Origin: a virus
Taxonomy: Duplodnaviria; Heunggongvirae; Uroviricota; Caudoviricetes
Reading direction: 5' to 3' (one strand)
Length of the DNA stretch: 64,000 nucleotides
IMG/VR virus record: IMGVR_UViG_3300045591_000029
Location: 1 to 64,000 of that record
Part shown: positions 48,771 to 58,330 of the stretch, one piece after another
Numbering within the stretch: position 1 is the first letter of the stretch
Layout of the letters: every line of letters begins with the position of its first letter
Program-made: the position numbers and the translations under genes
The notes under the pieces: generated by a model
What the model saw: only the letters and a program-made list of their open reading frames with translations
The model's database searches: none
What the model was told of the DNA's origin: nothing

Positions 48771-48947
48771 CCATAACTCGCACTTCTTCTTGCGAAGCTA
48801 TTCAGGGGACGCGGCGTCACGCACCATTACCGTTTTCGTTTCGTTATATAAGGGGAAAGAAAAGGGTAATCAAACCAAACCTAAACTGGTTTTTAACTAT
48901 AATCACTAATAAATATAACCGAGAAGAACCAATTGAAAACTTCTCTT

Positions 48948-49023
48948 TGGTGGAACCTGCGGGACTTGAACCCGCTACCTCCTGCTTGCAAGGCAGGCGC
49001 TCTCCCAGATGAGCTAAGGCCCC
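48948..49023 (-). tRNA. tRNA-Ala(UGC)
   Basis: AC stem cctgc/gcagg loop plus ttgcaag giving UGC; acceptor pairs with two G.U. Confidence 0.8.
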
Positions 49024-49145
49024 ATAAGATATATAGAGAAAAGTGAAGAGTGGTAGTACCATCACTTATCAGTACCTCGTACATTAAACCACTAAGGTCG
49101 AGTTCTAGTTAACGACAACGCTCGAAAAATGTCAGGAGGTGTTGC

Positions 49146-49236
49146 TGGCAGCCCCGCTGGGGTTCGAACCCAGACTTACTCCTTCAGAGGGATACGGTTT
49201 TAGAGACCGCCGTGCTAACCATTACACCACGGGGCA
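49146..49236 (-). tRNA. amber suppressor tRNA, anticodon CUA (loop CUCUAAA), class II scaffold (about 20-nt variable arm), G73, unpaired U1.U72
   Basis: plus strand ...gatacggt-tttagag-accgc...: AC stem gcggt/accgt (G.U closing), rc loop CTCTAAA; acceptor tgccccg/cggggct, D arm gtgtaatggttagcac, T arm ctggg-ttcgaac-cccag, CCA encoded. Confidence 0.7.
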
Positions 49237-49254
49237 ATATTCAGCAAGACACAG

Positions 49255-49330
49255 GTTTTTGCACTGGACTCGAACCAGTTATCATTTTCGTGGCAAGAAA
49301 AGAATTATCCCATTAAAAAACTTGCTGTAC
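49255..49330 (-). tRNA. probable tRNA-Gly(GCC) with weak acceptor pairing
   Basis: T arm actgg-actcgaa-ccagt, AC stem ttttc/gaaaa loop plus gtggcaa giving GCC. Confidence 0.4.
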
Positions 49331-49335
49331 TGTGT

Positions 49336-49375
49336 CTTTCTTACTTTCTATAAATATTATATCATAATATTTATT
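49336..49375 (-). promoter_or_regulatory. same promoter-like motif upstream of tRNA-Gly/suppressor tRNA cluster
   Basis: ctttcttactttctataaatattatatcataatatttat. Confidence 0.45.
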
Positions 49376-49587
49376 ATTTTTCAAATAAAGAGAATACTAA
49401 AGTCTAGGCGGGTGGTCATATTTCAGCCACACGCTTACGCTACTCCGACTTCGCAAAATTCCACTTCCAGAATTTCAGGCGTAGGTTTTTTTACGCTAAT
49501 TCAAGGGATTTCCACCGCAACTTACCTCACTCTACCTCGCCTGCCTAGACGGCCGATAAGACCTGAACCGTTTCAATATTCTCTTAT

Positions 49588-49664
49588 TGGCGATCCCGAC
49601 GGGACTTGAACCCGTGACCTCTAGCGTGACAGGCTAGCGTTCTACTCTTCTGAACTACGAGACC
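49588..49664 (-). tRNA. tRNA-Asp(GUC)
   Basis: AC stem ctagc/gctag loop plus gtgacag giving GUC, T arm acggg-acttgaa-cccgt. Confidence 0.8.
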
Positions 49665-49857
49665 AAATACTTGGGGAGAGTCATTCCCCTAACGGTAAGT
49701 GATACCGATTAGTTTTATTTAAGTAACAAAGCTAATAAAAGACTATCCAGATCCATGGACAAGGAAAGGTTTCTGAACTCGCACCCACAATCGGCAACCT
49801 CCGTAAGGTAAGCGGTTGACACCAGCTTGTTTTGACTAAGAGTAAGCCAAACTCTTT

Positions 49858-49944
49858 TGGTGCGGCTAGTGAGATTTGAACTCACACGACCTTTCGGCCA
49901 CAAGCACCTCAAGCTTGCTTGTCTACCGATTCCAACATAGCCGC
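49858..49944 (-). tRNA. tRNA-Leu(GAG), class II
   Basis: acceptor gcggcta/tagccgc exact, AC stem caagc/gcttg loop plus acctcaa giving GAG. Confidence 0.75.
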
Positions 49945-50083
49945 ATATTCACGATTGGTTACTTTGCTTTCTTATATTTAGACAGGCGTTGTCCACTAAG
50001 CCACATATCTTCGCTGCTTGGCATTGCCGCGCATTGGATGCCGGTGGTAGTTTACCAATCAAAATCCATGTTAACGCCTCATT

Positions 50084-50165
50084 GGTACGGGATAAGGGAC
50101 TCGAACCCTTACGCCATAGACACTAGATCCTAAATCTAGCGCGTCTACCATTCCGCCAATCCCGC
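50084..50165 (-). tRNA. tRNA-Leu(UAG), class II
   Basis: AC stem ctaga/tctag loop plus tcctaaa giving UAG, T arm aaggg-actcgaa-ccctt. Confidence 0.75.
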
Positions 50166-50418
50166 ATATTTTGGAAGCTTCCCCATAGGAGGTTTACCAA
50201 CCCAAGCAGCTCTAGTGTTTTTCTTTTCTGCCGCCAAAACTACAAAAACCGGCACAAGTTCATTTTGCTTTACCTTTCATTTTGAAAGACTTTAAGGAGT
50301 TCTTGCTTACCTCGTTTTCAAAGTCAGAAACTTGTAGCTATTTCCTGCCACTAAAGCGATATAATAATTTCATCTGTTAGCTACTCAGATACATAATTAT
50401 TATAACCTTTAGATTTTG

Positions 50419-50959
50419 TGGCTGTCCCGGAGGGATTCGAACCCTCGACCCCACGATTGCTTACACATCAGCTTACCAGTTCTTTACTACTTCCTCCAAT
50501 TCATAGTCTTTGGCCCAAGTGATACCTCTAACTTGACCATTTTTTGTAGGAAGAATACGAAGTCTTTTGTCAGCTCCACACTCTCCTACTGGGATTAGAT
50601 AACACTTTCCATTAAAAGTAGTCACGAAATAATCAATTTCTTCGCTAGTATATTGATGATGAACAATTTTTCCATCTTTTCTATGACAACTTCTACCAGA
50701 AAAGACAAAAGAAGCACCATCATCTTCGGTTCGTGATGTTTTTGCTTGAATTTTAATGAATTTTCCATTGACATCAACAACAAAATCATAACGCTCACAA
50801 TCTCCATAGGGAGTTAAAACATTATAACCAAGTTTAGCAAATGCCAACATCGTTTCAAGTTCTGTAATGTTACCTTTTTGCTTACTATTCATTTTATTTT
50901 CATAAAAACGATAAGGTCAGGTAAACAGTCGCGTGCTCTGCCAGCTGAGCTACAGGACA
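50419..50959 (-). tRNA. split tRNA-Asn(GUU) (Asp-GUC not fully excluded): 3' exon 50419..50458, insertion/intron about 50459..50923, 5' exon about 50924..50959
   Basis: 5' exon tgtcctg-ta-gctcagctggcagagc-a-cgcga-ctgtt; 3' exon aa-tcgtg-gggtc-gaggg-ttcgaat-ccctc-cgggaca-g-cca; acceptor and AC stems pair only across the 465-nt insertion. Confidence 0.55.
50473..50892 (-). CDS. PD-(D/E)xK nuclease (paralog of 41044..41454) encoded inside the tRNA-Asn insertion
   Basis: TELETMLAFAKLGYNVLTP....RYDFVVDVNGKFIKIQAKT; C-terminal LIPVGECG...LPTKNGQVRGI conserved between both copies. Confidence 0.55.
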   Translation of the reverse strand: MNSKQKGNITELETMLAFAKLGYNVLTPYGDCERYDFVVDVNGKFIKIQAKTSRTEDDGASFVFSGRSCHRKDGKIVHHQYTSEEIDYFVTTFNGKCYLIPVGECGADKRLRILPTKNGQVRGITWAKDYELEEVVKNW

Positions 50960-51140
50960 ATATCTACGAGTCTCTCGTTTCAAGCTGCCAACATTCAAGA
51001 CTCAGTATATTTGTTTTGCTCTTCAGCAAAAGGGGTTTTCTTCTCTCGGTTAAGTCTTTAATAGACCTTACAGCACCTTCCGTTAACCTCACCACGCATA
51101 CCTTATTTTTAAGAGTTAAGTGGGTGGCAACCATTTCTCT

Positions 51141-51175
51141 CAGTTTCTATAAATATTATACAATATTTTTTATTA
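51141..51175 (-). promoter_or_regulatory. same promoter-like motif upstream of split tRNA-Asn and downstream tRNAs
   Basis: cagtttctataaatattatacaatattttttatt. Confidence 0.45.
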
Positions 51176-51658
51176 GAAATCAAATTTCCTTTTTGGCTTC
51201 TTCTTTTCTGGAATCGGATATTCATTAACCTCGATTCCATGCTTCTTAAACCAATCAAACAACGCCCATCTTTCAGAGCAAGGATTAGTTGGTGCTTCAT
51301 GCACCAGCAGAACAATCTCTGGTTCATCACCATTGGTCACAACTCTTTGCGCTATACTTTCGAAGCGCCGCATGATATCATCAAAATCGAGAGCATCTAA
51401 TTGCTCTCTATAATGCTGCATAAAGCGACATTTAGAGTTGTCATGGTCGCAATTCCCGCAGTAACCTTCACCCTCTTGATGGTCTTTTGGAACGAAAGGC
51501 TCAGCCCGCAAGCCATTAAGCACTCCTCGCTTATCCAAATAGACATCACCTTGATGTTTGTTATAAAACCACTTTGGGTCCCACATCGCGGTAGAAAGGG
51601 CTACTGTATTCGGTTTCATAAACCGAACTGCGTAGAAATAAGAGATATAGAACTTCAC
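51173..51658 (-). CDS. hypothetical protein
   Basis: 161 aa. Confidence 0.5.
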   Translation of the reverse strand: MKFYISYFYAVRFMKPNTVALSTAMWDPKWFYNKHQGDVYLDKRGVLNGLRAEPFVPKDHQEGEGYCGNCDHDNSKCRFMQHYREQLDALDFDDIMRRFESIAQRVVTNGDEPEIVLLVHEAPTNPCSERWALFDWFKKHGIEVNEYPIPEKKKPKRKFDF

Positions 51659-51876
51659 AGGTCATCTCCTGCGATTTCAGAAACCAAATCTACCCAAAGT
51701 TCATAAGGAATAATAGGTACTACGCCATCATTCTTAGCATCTTCGATAACCTCCTCGATTTCAAAGATACCACCGCAGCAACCACAAATGATTTCATTCT
51801 TATATGCAATACCAGCAGTATAATGACCGCCGTCTACATCCCAGAACTTAACCTGAGTAGGTGTCTCAAAGAACAT
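51655..51876 (-). CDS. hypothetical Cys-rich small protein
   Basis: CGCCGG motif; 73 aa. Confidence 0.4.
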   Translation of the reverse strand: MFFETPTQVKFWDVDGGHYTAGIAYKNEIICGCCGGIFEIEEVIEDAKNDGVVPIIPYELWVDLVSEIAGDDL

Positions 51877-51944
51877 ATCATTTACTTCCTTTCCTTAACT
51901 TTCTATAAATATTATAACAAAAATATTATAATATTTCAAATAAG

Positions 51945-52030
51945 GTTTGAAGCTGGCATCAAGGGTACGAGTCGAACGCATTACCACGAGATTTGGAGTC
52001 ACGCCTCAGTCCCTCTGAGATTAAGGTTCC
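51945..52030 (-). ncRNA. tRNA-like structured element (acceptor atcaagg/ccttgat, CCA) with irregular arms
   Basis: hand fold gives good acceptor but poor T and anticodon arms. Confidence 0.25.
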
Positions 52031-52062
52031 CTTGATATATTCTTCCCTCCATAGGTGTCAGT

Positions 52063-52499
52063 CTAAGAATGACAATTAGGGCATAAAAATCTTAAATTTT
52101 CAAGCCTATGGTCATCATTTACTCCATTGATATGGTCTAATTGCAAACTAATGGGTTTACCTAACCATGAATCAATACCACAACAAGCGCATTTATATTC
52201 TAAATATCCTTCTCTTACTAGTCTGGACTTTAGACGACTAATATTATGATAAGTAGAATGTTCTACTAAAATTTCTTCAAGTGTATATTTTGCATTTGCC
52301 GCAGTTAATTTCTTTGTCCCAAAGTGGGAAATATCGCAAGATAATTCTTGAATACGCTCTTTGAGGATATCTGTAGAAGAACCACCTTTAGTAGTTAATC
52401 CCAGCATCCTTAAACAATCTGAATAACTATTCGCCTATGAAACAATGGTACGAAATTCTTCATCAGTAACTTGATAAATTTTACTTCTTCTAGCCATAT
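52063..52499 (-). CDS. HNH homing endonuclease (1 in-frame TAG); track ORF 52063..52407 is the C-terminal part
   Basis: MARRSKIYQVTDEEFRTIVS*ANSYSDCLRMLGLTT...LQLDHINGVNDDHRLENLRFLCPNCHS. Confidence 0.6.
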
Positions 52500-52569
52500 A
52501 TAATGACCTCCTTTATTTGTTCATTATATATGAAAATTATAGAAATTACCTTTACCAAAACTGACCAAC

Positions 52570-52640
52570 ATTTTACCGAATCTTGGATTTGAACCAAGAC
52601 TATTGCAAAGCAATTTTCTACCTATTGAAATAATTCGGTA
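52570..52640 (-). ncRNA. pseudo-tRNA: exact acceptor (accgaat/attcggt) and T arm cttgg-atttgaa-ccaag but anticodon arm collapsed to a 3-nt loop hairpin attgc-ttt-gcaat
   Basis: seen directly. Confidence 0.3.
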
Positions 52641-52892
52641 TATAACCCTCGAAACAGCCTTCTCGAGGGGCGCTCAATCTTAAATGCCGGAGCTATACAA
52701 ACGGCGAGCAGTCTTTCTTCATTCCCCGTAAAGAAAGTCTGTAAAGATAGCTTAGTCAACTTTCGCTATCGGCGCCATGCCTCACCTTTATGCCTAGGTC
52801 ATAAAAGGATTGCGCTATTGTTGATTGGCATTATGGAGCAAGATACCGGGTTCGAACCGGCCCTTTCAGTTTGTGGTGTCTCATATAAGATT

Positions 52893-53643
52893 TGAACTTA
52901 TATCTTTGACCACATTTCATCAGAATATTTTTTAATATCAGATTTACGATAAGGTAAATCGTAGGCTTTACACCATTTTTTAATGGTGTTATCAGAAACA
53001 GAAAAATTTTTTCCTATACTCACAAAAGTTTCTGCCCTAATCATATCTTTTAAGACTTCTCTACTCGGTCTTTCACACTTTTGTTGTCTAATATGGTCAC
53101 AGGCAGAACATCTAATTGCTCCCTTAGAAATTTCTTTTCCACAATCAACGCAATAATGATGCTATTTTGTTATATCTTTTACCTTGCGTAATGGATACTA
53201 TTCACCTTCAATAGTATGATAATCACCACGATTAAGATAATAAACCATGCTTAAGTCTAAACCATATTTTTCACTAATTTGTGAAAAAGATAGCTCAGAT
53301 TTTTTAATATCTTGAATAATACTATCCAAGACCTCTGGTGCATATCTCTTAAAAACTTGGTTCTATGAACTACCGCCAGATGTAATATTATATCCATTGG
53401 GAGTAATTGAGTTATACTTTTGAATATAGAATTTTTCTCTTGTATCTAAAAGATACTCTGGACATTCTTCGATAATGGAAAAAGCAAAATTATCTTTTCC
53501 TTCTCGTTGAATCGCCTACCCAATTAGCGAATTACTACGGCAATGCTCTGCAAATCGCTTTTCGATATGAAGGCTCTAACCCACATATACCTTACCATCA
53601 GTCAGATTTTCAATTTTATAAATACCAATAGACAAGTCTTTCA
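52893..53643 (-). CDS. GIY-YIG homing endonuclease, I-TevI-like with C-terminal zinc finger/HTH (5 in-frame TAG)
   Basis: MKDLSIGIYKIENLTDGKVYVG*SLHIEKRFAEHCRSNSLIG*AIQREGKDNFAFSIIEECPEYLLDTREKFYIQKYNSITPNGYNITSGGSS*... Confidence 0.6.
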
Positions 53644-53760
53644 TCTCCTCTACTATATTTACAATTTTGAACCGACTCTTTAATGAAATGTACCCAAAAT
53701 TTTTCTTAAACTAATGAAACGAAGACTGACGTGCTAGCCGCTAACACTAATCCTGCATAA

Positions 53761-53836
53761 TGGTGCGCCAGGCGGGACTTGAACCCACGACTCTCTGCTT
53801 AAAAGGCAGATACTCTACCGACTGAGTTACTGGCGC
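53761..53836 (-). tRNA. tRNA-Lys(UUU)
   Basis: acceptor gcgccag/ctggcgc exact, AC stem tctgc/gcaga loop plus ttaaaag giving UUU. Confidence 0.85.
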
Positions 53837-53912
53837 AAACCTCAACCTTGTATATTTATTATACAATAATTTTTAATTTATTGCAAATAAATCTTTTTTC
53901 TCTGAAAGAGGT

Positions 53913-53960
53913 TCTTCCCTTACTTTCTATATATATTATATAATATTTTTTATTATATAT
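53913..53960 (-). promoter_or_regulatory. same promoter-like motif upstream of tRNA-Lys
   Basis: cttcccttactttctatatatattatataatatttttt. Confidence 0.45.
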
Positions 53961-54262
53961 CAAGAGAAGAAATAATCCCGTTCGTCAGCATCCATACTCC
54001 GCTGTTTGCGGAGTTCGCTAATGCGATAATTAAGACTGGGAGAGTAGTTTCCATGCAGATTCCTACGCTTACCTTTATTACGCGTCTTAGCCGAACACAT
54101 AGAACAACTACAATGAATTTTATTTTTACTATACTGATGAAGATTATTATAATATGGATGCGTATCTCCATCATAGTAAACTTCTCTAGCAATACGACGC
54201 TTACGAAGAGCTTTCCGCATACTTACATCTCGATTATATGCCTGTGAACGCGGTTTCCGCAT
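53960..54262 (-). CDS. basic Cys/His-rich small protein
   Basis: 100 aa. Confidence 0.4.
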   Translation of the reverse strand: MRKPRSQAYNRDVSMRKALRKRRIAREVYYDGDTHPYYNNLHQYSKNKIHCSCSMCSAKTRNKGKRRNLHGNYSPSLNYRISELRKQRSMDADERDYFFS

Positions 54263-54346
54263 ACCTTACATCACCTCTCCAAGTATTTGGTAATAATAAT
54301 GAAAGAGAGGGGTAATTACTTTAATTACCCCGCCCAAAATTTTTGC

Positions 54347-54664
54347 TTAGATGCCCAAACGAGCGCACAGGTCTGCGACCTTCGCCTTATCTTCTGCACT
54401 CAGTTCTGTAGGAGTGGCAGGTTTACTCTCCCATGCCGCTGCATTTCCATCTGTTGTTGGGGTAGTAACAGGAACCGCAGATGCGCTCACTGGTGTCTTG
54501 GGCATTGTAAGTGCAATAGAAAGCTGAACAACTTCGCCATTCGGACCATCTTTCACATTTACATACAGCTTCTTGTCAATTAGACCAACGAAATCATCGC
54601 CAAAAGCTGCCTGAATAGTGGCGATAGCGGACTGCTTCGCCAAATCTCCTCGTCTCTGTGCCAT
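54347..54664 (-). CDS. hypothetical protein
   Basis: 105 aa. Confidence 0.4.
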   Translation of the reverse strand: MAQRRGDLAKQSAIATIQAAFGDDFVGLIDKKLYVNVKDGPNGEVVQLSIALTMPKTPVSASAVPVTTPTTDGNAAAWESKPATPTELSAEDKAKVADLCARLGI

Positions 54665-54665
54665 A

Positions 54666-55982
54666 TTAAATCTCCTCTTCCTCTTCTGCGGGCAGTAGTT
54701 CTTCGGTCATTGCACGGTGGCAACATCCGCAGAATGGCTCTGTCCCTTCAAAATAAATTTCATCTTCATCATATATTCTACGATAACAACTATGACAAGT
54801 CAAGAAAAAGTCAACATCTGCGTCTCTCTCTGCAATGCACTTGTCACATAAGAATTTATCGTCTCGATTCAAATACTCCTCGCCGCAAACTGGGCAGATT
54901 ACCTTTGCGCCGACTTTGATGCCGAATATCTCTTTGAATAGTTCTTCTTCCTTTTGTTTATTATCAGACGAATAGATCTCATTAAGGTAATTATCTATCA
55001 TAGAAAAGTTTACCGCAACAACAGGACTATATGTACTCGAAGAAACTAAGTCACAATATCCAAGATAATCGCTTGTATCGACAATATCTCGCATATCATA
55101 AGTTCGTCCGCCTGCGTTAATCTGATTATAGGTCATCATCCTATTTCCAAATTTTCCGATAGCTACTTTGAATCCATAGTCCGCAGGCGGTGCAAAGTCT
55201 ATTCGTGGAAATAGATTACTAACCATCCTATGAGTAGCTTCCAATAAGTCTGGAGAATCGTAGGGATACTGCCTATTATAGTAGATGCAAGTATATTGAT
55301 TTGTATGAATTAACATTCTCCATTTCTTGTCAAACCATTCACTATCTTGCGGCAAACAGTTAAAATGCTTCTTTTCATTGGCAAGGTAGGCAACAATAGT
55401 AGTACCATCTACCATATAGCTTAAATCTCCCGAACGATAATCTCCATCAAGAGACTGACAAGAATACCAGTTAGAATCGTTCTCCGACAATGTGAGAAAG
55501 TCTCTCGGATCAACAGAGAGATAGAGGTATCCTTCAATCTTATTTTCTTGGATATATCGTGATGCTGTATCCTGCGCCCATCTCGTTACCTCTTGATTGG
55601 GAAGAAACTTCTTGAAAGACTTAAGTATCTTCGCTCCTTGTGGGATATGGTATGTTGGATATGGTAAAACAACTTTATTCTCGAAAAATCCATCGGTGTT
55701 TACGCGAAGGAAAGTCTCAAAATCCTCGCTTAACACACCGTTATCATCAAGAGTAGAAATGAACTCATTGAACCTGCGGGATCGCTGCTCAGAGGAGAGA
55801 GTAACCTTAATAGGTTCCGCGCTTCTGATATATGTCTTGCCCTTAAACAACTTGATGAATGGAGCTTTTGCCTTTTCCCATTGCTCCATCATTTTTGTAG
55901 CATCTACATCGAATGGGAAGTCTTGAGAATGGACAAGAATTGCTTCGACTTCCTCTTTAATTTGATTATAAGCTCCAGTCAA
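54666..55982 (-). CDS. hypothetical protein with C-terminal zinc ribbons
   Basis: CPVCGEEY...CDKC...CHSC...CGCCH; 438 aa. Confidence 0.5.
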   Translation of the reverse strand: MTGAYNQIKEEVEAILVHSQDFPFDVDATKMMEQWEKAKAPFIKLFKGKTYIRSAEPIKVTLSSEQRSRRFNEFISTLDDNGVLSEDFETFLRVNTDGFFENKVVLPYPTYHIPQGAKILKSFKKFLPNQEVTRWAQDTASRYIQENKIEGYLYLSVDPRDFLTLSENDSNWYSCQSLDGDYRSGDLSYMVDGTTIVAYLANEKKHFNCLPQDSEWFDKKWRMLIHTNQYTCIYYNRQYPYDSPDLLEATHRMVSNLFPRIDFAPPADYGFKVAIGKFGNRMMTYNQINAGGRTYDMRDIVDTSDYLGYCDLVSSSTYSPVVAVNFSMIDNYLNEIYSSDNKQKEEELFKEIFGIKVGAKVICPVCGEEYLNRDDKFLCDKCIAERDADVDFFLTCHSCYRRIYDEDEIYFEGTEPFCGCCHRAMTEELLPAEEEEEI

Positions 55983-56686
55983 TCGGTGTCCCTCCCATGT
56001 CCGTTAGCAACTTATTAGCTGTTGAAAATGGTTTGCTGCCTCGAAAAGCAGGCGTCCCACGACATGGTCTTGTTGCACTAAAAGGACTTGGGTGGGAGGA
56101 AAGCACATAGGCTTTCTTAATTAGATTTTCTTTTACAATATGTCCGCCATCTTCATATACTGCCGCGCAAGAAATTAAATCTTTCAATAAATCCTGTGCG
56201 TTAGAACCCCACAGTAAGAATACAACTGGCTGCGGGAGCTTAGTAGCGGCTTGTAGAACAGACTTAGTGAATCTATCCCATCCCCACCGCACACAACTAT
56301 TAGCTTGATGTTCATAAACTGTAAGTGAGGTATTTAGAAGTAAAACTCCATTTTCTGCCCACTTAGTCAAGTCACCACTTTCTGGTCGCTTAATACCAAC
56401 ATCCTCTTCCAGTTCTTTGAAGATATTTACCAACGAAGGTTGGAGAGGATTACCTGGAGCGATCGAGAAAGCTAATCCATTAGCCTGACCGGGTGTATGA
56501 TATGGGTCTTGCCCTACAAGGCAAACCCGCACATCTTCAGGCGTCGTCAACTGTAATGCTCTAAAGATTTGTTCCTGCGGTGGATACAAAATCTTGCCGT
56601 TATCTCGCTCCTCTTGAGCATGAGCCTCAAGCTCAGTTGCCAAGCAAAGAGCATCCTAAGGGAGAATCTCAGACCACTTAGACATT
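55966..56686 (-). CDS. ung: uracil-DNA glycosylase (family 1 UNG) with one in-frame TAG near N-terminus
   Basis: GQDPYHTPGQANGLAFSIAPG, HPSPFSATR; N-terminus MSKWSEILP*DALCLATELEAH reads through TAG. Confidence 0.75.
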
Positions 56687-56744
56687 AGAAACACTCCTTT
56701 TCTTTTATCTTATAATAATATTATATTATAATTAAAAAAGAAAA

Positions 56745-57506
56745 TCAATTAGATTTTTCAATTAGTTTGAGTGAATCTTCAATCACAGTGAAGTAATTAG
56801 AGCATAGATGGCAGGTTCTACCGGGCTCTTTACAGCGCTGTCCGCAATTAAGTCTATGAGTTGCGAAATCTTCTTTGAATAAAAGATTGTTAATGTCATA
56901 AGGTAAGTTGACCATTAAATCTTTTAAGCTATAATTAAATGTACCTCTGTTGTAAATAGAAAAAAGTACATCTTCCTTATCCTTGTCAGGCTCATTAAAA
57001 TCAATTACATCTATTGAAGTATAAAGTTTAAGGTCTTCCGGTCGGATAAAGAAGTCGTTAGCCTCTCCTCTTGTTAAACTACTATTAGGGGATAAAGTGG
57101 GAGATACGCGGATTTTAGTTTCTTTCTTACCTGCGGCAATCTTATCCATCTGAAAACCGAGCGGACCGTCGATATAAATATCTGATACGCCAAGGTCTTG
57201 AAGTTCAGAAAATGTCTCCCAATCTGTCGCAGGGAAAGCCAAATAGGCATGATAACCTTTAGTAAGCAACATTCGCAGTTGGTCTAGCTGGCCGCAACTA
57301 ATAGTATAATTGTCGGTAACAGTTTTAATTAAATCAATCTGCTCTTGTTCTTTTGCAGAGAAAGAGCTATTCTTCATTGTGATGTTGTATCGCTTATCAG
57401 GATTATCTTTAATAAAGGTAAAGATAGTTCCTAGCTGGTTGATAGGGCATCTAATCTCTTGTGCCTCTTGCTTATATTGTGAATGGTAATTAACGCTAAA
57501 AATCAT
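56745..57506 (-). CDS. hypothetical protein
   Basis: 253 aa. Confidence 0.45.
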   Translation of the reverse strand: MIFSVNYHSQYKQEAQEIRCPINQLGTIFTFIKDNPDKRYNITMKNSSFSAKEQEQIDLIKTVTDNYTISCGQLDQLRMLLTKGYHAYLAFPATDWETFSELQDLGVSDIYIDGPLGFQMDKIAAGKKETKIRVSPTLSPNSSLTRGEANDFFIRPEDLKLYTSIDVIDFNEPDKDKEDVLFSIYNRGTFNYSLKDLMVNLPYDINNLLFKEDFATHRLNCGQRCKEPGRTCHLCSNYFTVIEDSLKLIEKSN

Positions 57507-57786
57507 GTTTAAGCCTCCATTTCTTCTATATTTATAGTAGCATAATAATCTTTAATTGTCAAGCTATGAAATTGCCAACTAGATTGACAGTTTTAATTGT
57601 TTTTGTTATAATAAATATAGAAACTAAAAGAAAGGTTTGGAAGTCTCATGTTTCCTATTATTGTATTGATTATTGTGTACGCTATTTGCTGTGTTGTTTC
57701 ATTCCCTTGCGGGCCTCGTTTCTTCTTCTTTTGCTTAAAAAGAAAGCTCGGTCGAATGACCGAGCTTTCCAATATGAGCTATTCGA

Positions 57787-58212
57787 TTAAGCCAGCTTAC
57801 GATAGCCAGAGAGCTTCTTTGCCTTGCCAGCAACCTCGACAGACACGCTGTCCTTTTCAGCCAGCTCAGCCTTTACGCACTGGGTCAGACGAGCAGTCAC
57901 CATCTGAGCAGACACATCCTCGTCGCCGATAGCCTTGATAATCTCAGGGATAGTCATGAAGTTCTCAGTGGACATGACATCAAGGATACGAGCACGGAGA
58001 GCATCGCCCTCATCACGCTTAGCCTGAGCGCGCTTAGCAGCAGCCGCAGCCTTATTGTCCAGAAGCTCAATCTCATGAGCAATGAACTCGCGCAGAGCGT
58101 CGCAGGTCATGTCTTCGTTCTCGAAAGTAACACCCTCGGACTCAATCTGGTCCACCATGGTCATCAGGGTGTTGTAGCATTCGCGCTTGGTAATCTTCTT
58201 AGTGTTAGTCAT
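57787..58212 (-). CDS. hypothetical protein
   Basis: 141 aa. Confidence 0.45.
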   Translation of the reverse strand: MTNTKKITKRECYNTLMTMVDQIESEGVTFENEDMTCDALREFIAHEIELLDNKAAAAAKRAQAKRDEGDALRARILDVMSTENFMTIPEIIKAIGDEDVSAQMVTARLTQCVKAELAEKDSVSVEVAGKAKKLSGYRKLA

Positions 58213-58330
58213 AATAGGGTTCTCCTTTTCATCATTTTATGTATTTATTATACGAAAAAATTTCTCAAAAGTCAAGAGTTCGTCAAACATTTCCTTGCGG
58301 AATGGAATGTATCTTTGTTTTTCCTTTCCC

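Noticed and set aside
49139-49609. Track ORF 49139..49609 (+, 156 aa) and similar ORFs 36288..36761 (+), 43787..43984 (-), 46748..46939 (-), 48844..49065 (-), 48893..49084 (-), 42874..43110 (-)
   Set aside because: They overlap well-folded tRNA genes or lie in the tRNA/ncRNA island with no RBS and low-complexity translations. Treated as spurious.
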